A stretch of DNA of 64,000 nucleotides from Mobula hypostoma (taxonomy: Eukaryota). The stretch is taken from NCBI RefSeq assembly GCF_963921235.1, contig NC_086097.1, positions 251,164,001 to 251,228,000 of the forward strand, in the 5' to 3' direction. The position numbers and the translations under genes were made by a program. The notes under the pieces are model-generated. The model had not been told where the DNA came from and did no database searches. It worked only from the letters and a program-made list of their open reading frames with translations. Positions within the stretch are counted from its first letter, which is position 1. Each line of letters begins with the position of its first letter. Below are positions 55,001 to 62,392 of this stretch, in pieces.

Positions 55001-58000
55001 CAAAAAGGCTGACTTGCCAATTACTCTTTGAAGGAGATTATTTAAATCTGGCGGAAGTCATCCTGAGCGCTTGAGCAGGATTATAAAACAAAAACTATTC
55101 TGTGACGTGCTTTGATCCCAGACATGATAGAATGGTGGAGCAGATAAATGCTATTCAGTGAGCTTATGATGACCTGCTTTCACCTCCCACCACCCTTTGA
55201 GCTCCACTGTAACCCTTTCAGCACCCCCTTCCCATTCACCACCCAATCAAATGTGGTTCTCCATAACAAATCCTCCCCATCTTCTCAGCTTTAGCCTTGT
55301 AAAACAGGCTTCCTGCTCAATAGGCCAAACTGCGTAGGACAGGAAATTAAAAGAACACAAATTTGGCAACCATACCTCTTCTTAAGCTCATCACCTTTAC
55401 TGAGGCATAGGCCACTGAAAGAAGCTCACCCCAGAGTCCTCTCTCCTGGGCCAGTCTTTCAGGGTGTAGCCCATCAAAGATCCTTCCTCACTCTGGGATG
55501 AGTTCTTTGGAGCTTCTGTTGGCATTTCTGTAACTCTGGGTTTTTACCCCTCACCTGGTTTCACTATCACCCCTTTCTACTCCCCCTCCACCCTCAGCCC
55601 CCATCTTCCTATTCTGGCTTCTGTCCTCTTCCTTTCCAATCCTGATGAAGGGCCATAGATGCTGTCTAACCTGCTGAGTTTTTCCAGCAGTTTGTGTGTG
55701 TTGAATGAGAAATAATTTAAACATTATTATAGACCTAAAAAAGAAACTAACTCGCCATGGACAGTCACAAGCTCGGCTGCAAAGGGAAGGGGGGGGCGGG
55801 GTTGGGCATGGGGCTAGCAACCCCATACTACAGAAATGGCAACAGAAGCTCCAAATAACTCATACCTGAGAGAGGAAGGTTCTCTGAAGATGGGCTACAC
55901 CAGGGGACATCTTGATATTGGATAGAGAACACTGGTGAGCTGCTGTTAGCTGTCAGCCCCTGTACAGGAGATGGGCTTAAGAAGAAGAAAAAAGGAACTA
56001 CAGAAAAAAGTACCTGCAAAAAGCATTAAAAGCATTCATTGATGGTACAGAGAACAACGTAATGATTCATTGAAAAAGATGCCTTACCCCAAGAGTTCTT
56101 TGGAATAGTATTCCATTAGAGTAATGAGACTGGAAAGATTTTTGTCCAGGTGTAGAACGTGAGACACAGCACTTCTTCCAATCGGATTGAAAGTAATGAG
56201 GTAGAGGCTATGAAGAGTTCCCAATACGTCCGCACGGTCAGATTCCTCAGTTGTCAAGCCTCGATTCAGATAGTCAAACAGTTCAGAAACATACTGTAAT
56301 GCCTGTAATGAGTACAAGAGCCAGATGGCCAAGGCATCATCATTGCCGCTGTCATCTTGATCTTGATCAGATATCTGAGCCAAGGCATTGATCAGCAGAT
56401 TGGTTACTTCACACTCTGCACTGAGGAATAAAAGGCCATTCTGTATCTGAATGAGGAACTTAATAAATTCTTTAATGGATTGCAGTAAGCCAGGGTGAGC
56501 ATTGGTTGCAGGAATAGACAGAAGCAGGGTGAGCGATTCCAGAAAACGACAGCTGTTGAGATACCTAAAAGAAAAACAAATGAATAAACAAAATACTCCA
56601 AATTTCTAAACCTTGAAATAATTATAAGACCATAAGATATGGGAGCAGAATTAGGCCATTTTGCCCATCAAGTCTGCTCTGCCATTTTGTCATGGCTGAT
56701 CCATTTTCCCTCTCAGCCCTAGTCTCCTGAATTCTCTCTGTAGCCTTTCATGCCCTGACTAATCAACCTCAGCCCAATGACTTGGCCTCCACAGCTGCCT
56801 GTGGCAATGAATTCCACAAATTCACCACTCTTATCCATCTTTCAGTGATCTGTTCAATTGTCAATGAATATGGAAGACTCATTGATGTGTTTTTGATTTT
56901 ATGTATTTAGTGGTACAGCACAGTAACAATCTCTTCCCTCCCAATGAGCCTATGCCACCCAATTACACCCTTGTGACTAATTAACCTACTAACCTGTACA
57001 TCTTTGGAATGTGAGAGGAAACAGAGAAACATAAAAACATAGAAAATAGGTGCAGGAGTAGGCCATTCGGCCTTTCGAGCCTGCACCGCCATTCAGTATG
57101 ATCATGGCTGATCATTCAACTCAGAACCCTGTACCTGCCTTTTCTCCATACCCCGTGATCCCTTTAGCCACAAGGGGAATATGGTCACCGTAAAATGTCC
57201 CATGATTAGGTTAGGGTTAAATTGGGAGTTGCTGGGCAGCGCCACTCAGAAGGGCCTGTTCCGTGCAGCATCTCAATCAATCAATAAATAAATAAAGGGC
57301 AAAGGCAAGTTACTGGCACCTTAAAACCAGTAGCTTCAGGCAGATGAGATTCCTCATCCTTGGGTGGCAGCTCATCAAAGAGAAGGAAAACTCTGACCTC
57401 AAACCTCCGCTGCTACCCATGGGGAAGACTTCGGAAGTAAACCCCAAGGAAAAATCCAGAACTACAGTCCCTAAGGGATTCCTAAGTTGAGTTCAATGCT
57501 GACTGGCAACCTCTGCAATGCCACTGGTGTCAAACTGTATCAGTCTCCGCCATTCCTTTGAATTCAACAGATACGTGGAGAGGGAAAGCCTGCTTGCTCT
57601 CCACATCATACAGTCTTGGCGTACATATCTAGAGAGCTTGGACACAACATCCACATTTGACCCTGACCACCCGACCTTTTTTAAAAATCCCTAAATTTGA
57701 TTTATTTGAATATTGGAGCATCCAAAGGAAACCAACACGGTCACGGGAGAAAGTACAAACTCCAAACAAAGACGAAAATTGAACCCCAATCTTATAGCTG
57801 GCACTGTAAAGCAATGTGCTAAATGCTAAGGTACTGTGACGTGTCGTTTTCATCAAATCAAATCAGTGAAGATTGTACTGGGGACACCACACTTCCAGCA
57901 CCAATACAAGATGCCCACAACTTACTAATCCTAACCCATACGTCTTTGGAATGTGGGAGGAAACCGGAGCACCAAGAGGAAACCCATACAGTCACGGGGA

Positions 58001-59348
58001 GAACATACAAACTCCTTACAGACAGCTGGTGAATTAAGGTAGTGCAAACAGATATTTCACCATTCTCTTCTCAAAGGCAATTATCCTGAATAATGACTGA
58101 TTAAATTAGATTATGAAGACACACAGTCCTCTTTTGTTGTCACTTAGTAATGCATGCATTAAGAAATGACACAATAAAATCAAAATACATATTCACAGAC
58201 TCACCTAAACAAAGCAGGTGCAGGATCATCCCTTTCTGGAGGACCTGTGATTCGAGCTGCTGTTGGAAATGACTTAACGGGTGGTTGTATCATAGAGTAA
58301 GGCGCAGCCTCCAATAAGTGCAGAAGTTCGTCAAGAATGCTTACAAGTTTTTCCATTTCCACCTCGCTGATATTGGAAGCTTCCAACAAATGGTCCAAAT
58401 CTGTGGGAGTCTCAAGATCCCCTTCGTCATTGTCTTTACTCACTTTTTCTCGTCCAATATCATGGTCAGCCTCGTTTATATTTGATGGGACAGGAGTACT
58501 CTCTGCAAGGTGGGCTGCCGTCTTTTCGAGATCTGATAATATTTCGTAGAAATGGCATTTCTGAATGATAGCACTGCCAGCAGTCACAACTCTCACGGTC
58601 TGGTCAGTCAAAATTAGCTCCATTAGTCTTTGATATCCACTCTTTCCTTGTTCGCATACCTTGGGATTCAAGAATTCTTCCATGCCTTCTGTAATACTAA
58701 TGACACTGTCCAAAGCTTTGAGTGTGTTTAGTTTCAACGAAGATGACATGTGTTCTGCAAACAGCAGAACAAAGAGCCTATCAATAATACCTGCCTCTGA
58801 AAGGGCCGAAACTCCTTCAGAACCGCATTCAGCTAAAGATGAAACAAGTTTTGTCCCAGCCTTAAGCTGCCTTACGTTCAAAGCTATGGGCTGTGTTACA
58901 GCTGTGGGAAGGCTTAAAGCATCCATAGTACAGTCTACAAGTTGTTTGAGATAGTCCTGGTCACTTTCAAATATCTGAATATAACTCAAACCTTTAACCA
59001 GTAAACTCGGTATCTCTTCCAACGCCATTACCCATTTGGCACCTCTATCATCTTTGTAGAGTTCAAGAAGCTCCTTTAATTTAATTGCAGCATCTATATT
59101 CCCCATACTTGCCTTCTCTAGATCAAGTTCCTTTAATCTAACCACTTCATTCTCATATTTAGTCCTATAGGGAGGATTAAAGTACAAAAGAGGTCCTATC
59201 TCTCGGTCATATGAGTCATACGCCAAGGGAGGCACAGACGTCAAGTCTTCGACAGAATAGTCAAGGTCAAAACCCAGTTTATAATTTTCACGTTCCAGAT
59301 CTGCAATTCCATCTTCATCACTGGATATTTGTTCATATCCGTCATCTT
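929..59348 (-). CDS. VIRMA: VIRMA / KIAA1429 (protein virilizer homolog), partial spliced gene: 14 internal coding exons
   Basis: Exon translations follow vertebrate VIRMA colinearly ([20 protein letters not shown] ... [10 protein letters not shown] ... [14 protein letters not shown]). All introns are GT-AG and phases chain without frameshift over 3925 nt. Confidence 0.97.
1326..3465 (+). mobile_element. CR1 LINE 3' fragment (pieces 1326-1803 and 2969-3465)
   Basis: RT motifs YVNDLD, KFADDTK, QRDLGV; CR1 3' UTR ending (tcttatgg)n. Confidence 0.85.
1804..2968 (+). mobile_element. Rex1/Babar-type LINE, 5'-truncated, inserted into CR1
   Basis: [35 protein letters not shown] motifs; tail aataaacctgatt; candidate TSD ctgaaac at 1797-1803 and 2969-2975. 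Confidence 0.85.
4435..4531 (-). CDS. VIRMA: VIRMA exon (97 nt; [33 protein letters not shown])
   Basis: Within ORF 4390..4626; acceptor ttctAG, donor ATG|GTAAG. Confidence 0.95.
4620..4948. mobile_element. Miniature inverted-repeat Penelope derivative with a nested hammerhead-bearing fragment (4770-4902) of a second PLE family
   Basis: Left arm gctggaggaactcagc..ggcagcatctatggag is the reverse complement of the right arm ctccatagatgc..tgcctgacc..gagttcctccagc. The insert matches the pLTR end of the 26946-28350 family. Confidence 0.75.
4770..4803 (+). ncRNA. Minimal type-I hammerhead ribozyme
   Basis: gtc-CTGACGA-agg-gtctcgg-cct-GAAACGTC-gac: intact core with stems I and II. Confidence 0.8.
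5555..6210 (+). mobile_element. Rex1/Babar-type LINE 3' fragment
   Basis: [25 protein letters not shown] motifs; (tttgaac)n tail. Confidence 0.75.
6490..7300 (+). mobile_element. Rex1/Babar-type LINE fragment
   Basis: [28 protein letters not shown] motifs followed by a 3' UTR. Confidence 0.7.
7611..7870 (+). mobile_element. tRNA-derived V-SINE (HE1-like)
   Basis: tRNA-like head (ggcacggcagcagagtggttagc..gggttcaa) and V-core tttcctctgggtgctccagtttcc..gtccaaagac. Similar copies near 16950, 17800, 18480, 25054, 41780, 46030, 57690 and 63550. Confidence 0.7.
8325..8485 (-). CDS. VIRMA: VIRMA exon (161 nt; [19 protein letters not shown]...QFNN)
   Basis: Within ORF 8252..8494; acceptor tcaCAG, donor AG|GTACA. 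Confidence 0.95.
8540..11010 (+). mobile_element. Mosaic of nested, degenerate CR1 LINE 3' fragments
   Basis: [27 protein letters not shown] motifs in several ORFs; two CR1 3' tails. Confidence 0.85.
13278..13430 (-). CDS. VIRMA: VIRMA exon (153 nt; [14 protein letters not shown]...LELDKVVT)
   Basis: Overlaps ORF 13218..13403; acceptor ccgtAG, donor ACG|GTAGG. Confidence 0.93.
13505..13845 (+). mobile_element. Rex1-like LINE 3' end
   Basis: [25 protein letters not shown]; terminal aatttccc..aataaagta. Near-identical copy on the minus strand at ~54730-54980. Confidence 0.75.
14450..15240 (+). mobile_element. Degenerate Rex1/Babar-type LINE fragment
   Basis: Nucleotide similarity to 1804-2968 including the tail aataaacctcattcagatt. 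Confidence 0.7.
16085..16488 (-). mobile_element. Rex1/Babar-type LINE 3' end
   Basis: (aatcag)n tail on the plus strand; same family as 52298-53570. Confidence 0.75.
17475..17607 (-). CDS. VIRMA: VIRMA exon (133 nt; [18 protein letters not shown]...QIINTDNL)
   Basis: Overlaps ORF 17403..17603; acceptor aatAG, donor TTG|GTAAG. Confidence 0.95.
18948..21343 (-). mobile_element. Young 5'-truncated CR1 LINE
   Basis: Uninterrupted ORF2 segment, 3' UTR hairpin and (tttctatg)n tail. Confidence 0.95.
19044..21343 (-). CDS. CR1 ORF2 segment (end of APE endonuclease plus complete reverse transcriptase), ~766 codons open
   Basis: [40 protein letters not shown] motifs with no stops. The N-terminal endonuclease part is missing. 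Confidence 0.9.
21433..22023 (+). mobile_element. CR1 LINE 3' fragment
   Basis: ORF 21527..22042 ([15 protein letters not shown]) and CR1 tail. Confidence 0.8.
23605..24585 (-). mobile_element. Non-autonomous Helitron (rolling-circle transposon)
   Basis: Minus strand: A|TCTATATAATACTAAAAC 5' end, then (CTGT)n; 3' end has a GC hairpin (GTGCCCCAACGGGTCAC) then CTAG|T. Inserted at an AT dinucleotide with no TSD. Confidence 0.8.
25404..26086 (+). mobile_element. Non-coding LINE-derived retroposon (GC-rich 5' UTR-like head, Rex/Babar-like tail)
   Basis: Starts ggcgggaggagaagatggc; CpG-rich body; ends aataaa..(taatc)n. The same tail occurs at ~58100-58175 on the minus strand. Confidence 0.6.
26589..26806 (-). 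CDS. VIRMA: VIRMA exon (218 nt; [13 protein letters not shown]...[10 protein letters not shown])
   Basis: ORF 26585..26812; acceptor tttgCAG, donor AG|GTAAT. Confidence 0.95.
27044..27079 (-). ncRNA. Minimal type-I hammerhead ribozyme (sense to VIRMA pre-mRNA)
   Basis: Reverse complement reads AGTC-CTGACGA-AGG-gtctcgg-CCT-GAAACGTC-GACT. Confidence 0.85.
27519..27956 (+). CDS. PLE ORF C-terminus: Cys-rich linker plus GIY-YIG endonuclease (5'-truncated)
   Basis: [20 protein letters not shown]...[30 protein letters not shown]...HF...E...GMN, open frame with no stops. Confidence 0.9.
   Translation: MPTDLPPGTYPCKRNKCYTCPYTSSLTTIQGPKQSFQVRHHFTCESTGVIYCVRCSRCGLLYIGETRRRLGDRFAEHLRSVRQRKQDLPVATHFNSTSHSHSDMSIHGLLYCKDEATLRLEEQHLIFRLGSLQPDGMNIDFSNFR
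28251..28286 (+). ncRNA. Minimal type-I hammerhead ribozyme
   Basis: AGTC-CTGACGA-AGG-gtctcgg-CCT-GAAACGTC-GACT; predicted cleavage after GUC at 28282. Confidence 0.85.
28351..28990 (-). mobile_element. Old CR1 RT fragment (continues at ~26880-26945 across the PLE insertion)
   Basis: [35 protein letters not shown] split by the PLE. Confidence 0.8.
29421..30211 (+). mobile_element. Young CR1 3' fragment, same family as 18948-21343 but in opposite orientation
   Basis: ORF 29475..30110 differs at 15 of 211 aa from the larger copy; same 3' UTR and tail. Confidence 0.92.
30350..30602 (-). CDS. VIRMA: VIRMA exon (253 nt; [13 protein letters not shown]...VQSLCDQ)
   Basis: Within ORF 30326..30643; acceptor ttacAG, donor CAG|GTAAA. 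Confidence 0.95.
30851..32165 (+). mobile_element. RTE-clade LINE, 5'-truncated
   Basis: [26 protein letters not shown] motifs; (tga)n tail; TSD atcaacctca at 30841-30850 and 32166-32175. Confidence 0.9.
32250..33368 (+). mobile_element. Rex1/Babar-type LINE 3' part, tail interrupted by Tc1
   Basis: [25 protein letters not shown] motifs. Confidence 0.75.
33371..33803 (+). mobile_element. Tc1-like DNA transposon left end with transposase start
   Basis: TA|cactggcatgcaaaagcttgggtacccc; internal direct repeat catgcaaaagtttgggcacccc at 33557-33578 (IR/DR architecture); ATG at 33743 giving [20 protein letters not shown]. Confidence 0.75.
33810..34358 (+). mobile_element. Penelope-like element 3' end / pLTR with tail (same family as 26946-28350)
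   Basis: High similarity to 27832-28352 plus tail aaattccagcatctgcagatttcc. Confidence 0.88.
34223..34258 (+). ncRNA. Minimal type-I hammerhead ribozyme
   Basis: Identical 36-mer to 28251-28286. Confidence 0.85.
34910..35690 (+). mobile_element. Non-coding SINE-like retroposon with Rex/Babar-like tail, inserted in CR1
   Basis: TSD tgatcac at 34903-34909 and 35691-35697; tail resembles 6130-6210; CR1 sequence resumes on both sides. Confidence 0.7.
35998..36540 (+). mobile_element. Old Penelope-like 3' end with a short inverted 5' arm
   Basis: Arm 36002-36040 is the reverse complement of ~36463-36502; GIY-YIG C-terminal remnant; degenerate hammerhead at ~36407. Confidence 0.7.
36583..36818 (-). 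CDS. VIRMA: VIRMA exon (236 nt; [17 protein letters not shown]...LIIEELS)
   Basis: ORF 36579..36788 extended upstream; acceptor gacAG, donor AG|GTAAT. Confidence 0.95.
37300..40262 (+). mobile_element. Degenerate near-complete CR1 ORF2 and 3' UTR
   Basis: Endonuclease ([12 protein letters not shown]) through RT motifs with many frameshifts. Confidence 0.88.
40361..40905 (-). CDS. VIRMA: VIRMA exon (545 nt; [11 protein letters not shown]...PLPMQTTQ)
   Basis: Within ORF 40328..40981; acceptor ctAG, donor CAG|GTGAG. Confidence 0.96.
41051..41108. repeat. Alternating purine-pyrimidine microsatellite (CG/CA)n
   Basis: catgcgcgcgtgcgtgtatacacacaca... Confidence 0.9.
42508..42610 (-). CDS. VIRMA: VIRMA exon (103 nt; [34 protein letters not shown])
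   Basis: Manual translation; acceptor tttttAAG, donor G|GTATGG. Confidence 0.94.
43410..46030 (+). mobile_element. CR1 5' half (ORF1 esterase remnant plus ORF2 endonuclease) with nested Rex/Babar (~43636-44267)
   Basis: [29 protein letters not shown]-like motifs; [19 protein letters not shown]. Confidence 0.8.
48010..48500 (-). mobile_element. Non-autonomous RTE 5'UTR-derived element (second copy at ~57297-57670, plus strand)
   Basis: The two regions are reverse-complement homologs; motif gaaggaaaactctgacctcaaacc resembles RTE 5' UTRs. Confidence 0.55.
48666..48748 (-). CDS. VIRMA: VIRMA exon (83 nt; [28 protein letters not shown])
   Basis: Manual translation; acceptor ttttAG, donor CAG|GTGAG. 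Confidence 0.95.
48966..49486 (+). mobile_element. Internally deleted Tc1-like element
   Basis: Terminus ta(c/t)actcagtggccact..; transposase HTH remnant [22 protein letters not shown]...LKWMGYSSR. Confidence 0.75.
49487..50674 (+). mobile_element. Degenerate RTE (BovB-like) LINE 3' part
   Basis: [35 protein letters not shown] motifs; (gaa)n tail. Confidence 0.8.
51000..51740 (+). mobile_element. Rex1/Babar-type 3' fragment with nested CR1 tail
   Basis: [26 protein letters not shown] coding remnant followed by a 3' UTR. Confidence 0.65.
51931..52085 (-). CDS. VIRMA: VIRMA exon (155 nt; [14 protein letters not shown]...[10 protein letters not shown])
   Basis: Manual translation; acceptor ttcCAG, donor G|GTAAGG. 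Not in the ORF track. Confidence 0.95.
52125..53900 (-). mobile_element. Old Penelope-like 3' end (52125-52297 and ~53571-53900) split by a Rex/Babar LINE
   Basis: Tail cacaagaggttctgcagat.., terminal motif, and GIY-YIG C-terminal remnant at ~53840-53895. Confidence 0.7.
52298..53570 (-). mobile_element. Rex1/Babar-type LINE, 5'-truncated
   Basis: ORFs 53076..53456 and 52507..53052 ([27 protein letters not shown]); (ctgatt)n tail. Confidence 0.88.
55760..55990 (+). mobile_element. Short bipartite RTE-related SINE-like element (other copies ~47070-47300 plus, ~55375-55550 minus)
   Basis: gggttgggcatggggctagcaacccc head and gggcttaagaagaagaa tail. Confidence 0.55.
56088..56564 (-). CDS. VIRMA: VIRMA exon (477 nt; [18 protein letters not shown]...[10 protein letters not shown])
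   Basis: Acceptor ttttAG, donor GG|GTAAGG; open frame matches VIRMA. Confidence 0.96.
58205..59348 (-). CDS. VIRMA: VIRMA large exon (1144 nt; [10 protein letters not shown]...DDPAPALFR)
   Basis: Matches ORF 58201..59418. Acceptor ttgtAG at 59349-59350, donor AG|GTGAG at 58204; phase 1 to 2. Confidence 0.96.
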
Positions 59349-62171
59349 CTACAAGATAAAAATCAGAAAATATTACACCATTTTTCAGAATCAGAATCAG
59401 GTTTATCATAACTGACATATGCCATGAAATTTGTTATTTTGAAGCAGCAGTACACAAGAACATAAGAAATAGCAGCAGGAGTCGGCCATCTAGCCCATCA
59501 AGCCTGCTCTGCCATTCAATAAGATCATGAATGATCTGGCCATGGACTCATCTCCACCTACCTGCCTTTTCCCCATAACACTTCATTACCCTACTATGCA
59601 AAAATCTGTCCTACCTTGTCCTAAATATATTTACTGAAGTAGCCTCCACCGCTTCATTGGCAGAGAATTCCACAGATTTATGACTCTTTGGGAAAAGCAG
59701 TTCTTCCTCATCTCCATCCTAAATTTACTCCTCTGAATCTTAAGGCTACGTTCCCCTAGTTCTAGTCTCACCTACCAGTGGAAACAACTTTCATGCCTCT
59801 ATCTTAACTATCTCTTTCTTAATTTTATATATTTCTATAAGATCTCCTCTCATTCTTCTGAATTCCAGCAAGTATAGTCCCAGGTGACTCAATCTCTCCT
59901 CATAGTCTAACACCCCTTATCTTTGGAGTCAATCTGGTGAACCTCTGCTGCACCACCTCCAAAGCCAGTATATCCTTCCTCAAGTAAGAGACCAGAACCA
60001 TACGCAGTACTCCAGATGCAGCCTCACCATTACTCTGTACAGTTGCAGCATAACCCCCGCTATTAAATTCAATCCCCCGAGCAATGAAGGCCAGTATCCC
60101 ATTTGCCTTCTTGATTGCTTGCTGCATCTGCAAACCAACCTTTTGTGATTCATGCACACGCACTCCCAAGTCCTTCTGCACAGCAGTATGCTACAATCCT
60201 TAACAATTTAAATAATAAACTAATAATTCATTTTTCCTACCAAAGTGGATGACCTTGCATTTACCAACATTGTACTCCATCTGCCAGATCCTTGCCCACT
60301 CACCTAACCTATCTATATCTCCCAGCAGACACTCTGTATCTTCTGGACAATTTGCTTTTCCATTCAATTTAATGTCATCAGCAAACTTAGATACCTACAC
60401 TACACTTCGTCCCCTCTTCCAGATTGTTCCATGTATCCCAACTTTGTGCTTTCTATTGGTTAACCAATCCTCTATCCATGCTAATACATCACCCACAACT
60501 CTATGCATCCTTATCTTAGGGGTAAGTCTTTTATGTGGCACCTTATTGAACCCCTTCTGGAATTCTAAGTAAATAACGTCCAACTATTCCCCTCTATCCA
60601 CCATGCTCGTTATATCCTCAAAGAACTCCAGTAAGTTTGTCAAACAGGACCCGCCTTTGCTGAATTCATGCTACATCTGTGTGATGGATCCATTTCTTTC
60701 CAGATGCCTCGCTATTTCTTCTTTAATGATGGCTTCAAGTATTTTCCCAACTACAGATATTAAACTAACTGGCCTGTAGTTACTTGCCTTTTGCCTACAT
60801 CCTTTTTTGAACAGTGGCGTGACATTCGCCTTCTTCCAATTTGCCATGACTTGCCCAGAGTCCAGAGAGTTTTGATAAATCATCACCAAATTTCTACTAT
60901 ATCTTCTGATATGTCTTTCAGTACCTAGGGATGCATTCCATCAGGACCAGGGACTTGTCTATCTTTAGGCCCACAAATTTGCTCAGCACTACCTCTTTAG
61001 TGATAGCTATTGTATCAAGGTCCTCACCTCCCATTACATCCCTATCATCTCTCTTCAGCATGTTAGACATGTCCTCCACCATGAAGATCAACACAAAATA
61101 GTCAATCAAAGACTTGGCCATTTCCTAATTACCCAATATCAATTCTCCCTTCTCATCCTCCAAGGACCCACGTTCACTTTAGCCACCCTTTTCTGCTTTA
61201 TATAATTATAAAAACTTTTACTATCTATTTTTATATTTTATGCTAGTTTAGTTTCATCATCTACCTTCCCTTTCTTTATTGCTTGCTTAGTGGCTCTTTG
61301 TTGCTTTTTAAAGTTTTCCCAATCTTCCAGTTTCCCACTACTCTTGACGGCTTTGTACGTACGAGCTTTTAATTTGATACTTTCCTTTATTTCCATAGTT
61401 ATCCATGGCTGGTTCAACCACCCTTACTGTCCTACCTTTTAACTGGAATATACTTTTGTTGAGAACCGTGAAAAATTTCTTTGAAAGTCCTCCACTGTTC
61501 CTCAACTGTCCCAACATATAGCCTGTGTTCTCAGTCTACCCTATCCAACTCTTCCCTCATTCCGTGTAGTATCCCCTGTTTAATCATAGAACACTAGCTT
61601 TAGATCAAACTATTGCACCTTCCATTTGTAAGAGAAACTCAGTCATACTGATATCACTCTTTCCAAGGGGATCCCTAACTACAAGGTTGCTAATTTTACC
61701 TGTCTCATTGCACAGGATCAGATCCAAGATAGCACAGTCCTTTGCAGGTTCAGTAACAAGCCATTCAAGAAAGCTAACACGTATGCATTCTATGAAATCC
61801 TCCTCAAGACTGGCTTGACCAACTTGATTCACCCAATCTATGTGCAAGTTAAGGTCCCCCATGATAATTGCTGCTCCATTCTTACATGCCTCAGATATTT
61901 CTGTTTATTGCCTGTGCCACTGTAATGTTATTATTCAGTGGCTTATAGACAACTCTCACCTGTGATTTCTTTCCCTTTACTATTCCTAACCTCTACCCAG
62001 ATGGATTCAACATTCTGCTCCTTAGATCTTCTATCGTCTCTATCACCCCGAACTCATCTTTAACTAAGAGCGCTACCCGACCTCCCTTAACCTGTTGCTT
62101 ATCCTTCTGTATTACCTGATATCCTTGGCTATTTAATTCCCAATCCTCTCCACCCTGCAACCACATCTCAG

Positions 62172-62392
62172 CAACACTCACAACACGCTGGAGGAACTCA
62201 GCAGGTTGGGCAGCATCTGTGGAAACGATCAGTCAACGTTTCGGGCCGGAACCCTTCGTCAGGACTACGTCAGGTTCTAGCCCAAAACATTGACTGATTG
62301 TTTCTATGGATGCTGCCCGACCTGCTGAGTTCCTCCATTGTGTTGTGAGTGTTGCTTTGAGCCCAGCATCTGCAGTGTATTTTGTGTTTACG
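62172..62392. mobile_element. Miniature palindromic Penelope-derived element (221 bp)
   Basis: Inverted arms ~62171-62250 and ~62273-62355; 13-bp TSD aaccacatctcag at 62159-62171 and 62393-62405. Confidence 0.85.
62231..62266 (-). ncRNA. Minimal type-I hammerhead ribozyme (sense to VIRMA pre-mRNA)
   Basis: Reverse complement reads AGTC-CTGACGA-AGGG-ttccgg-CCC-GAAACGTT-GACT; GUU cleavage triplet. Confidence 0.8.

Noticed and set aside
59349..59418. N-terminal extension of the 405-aa ORF as a start-containing exon
   Set aside because: The extension runs through the acceptor into a LINE tail; VIRMA similarity starts at 59348.
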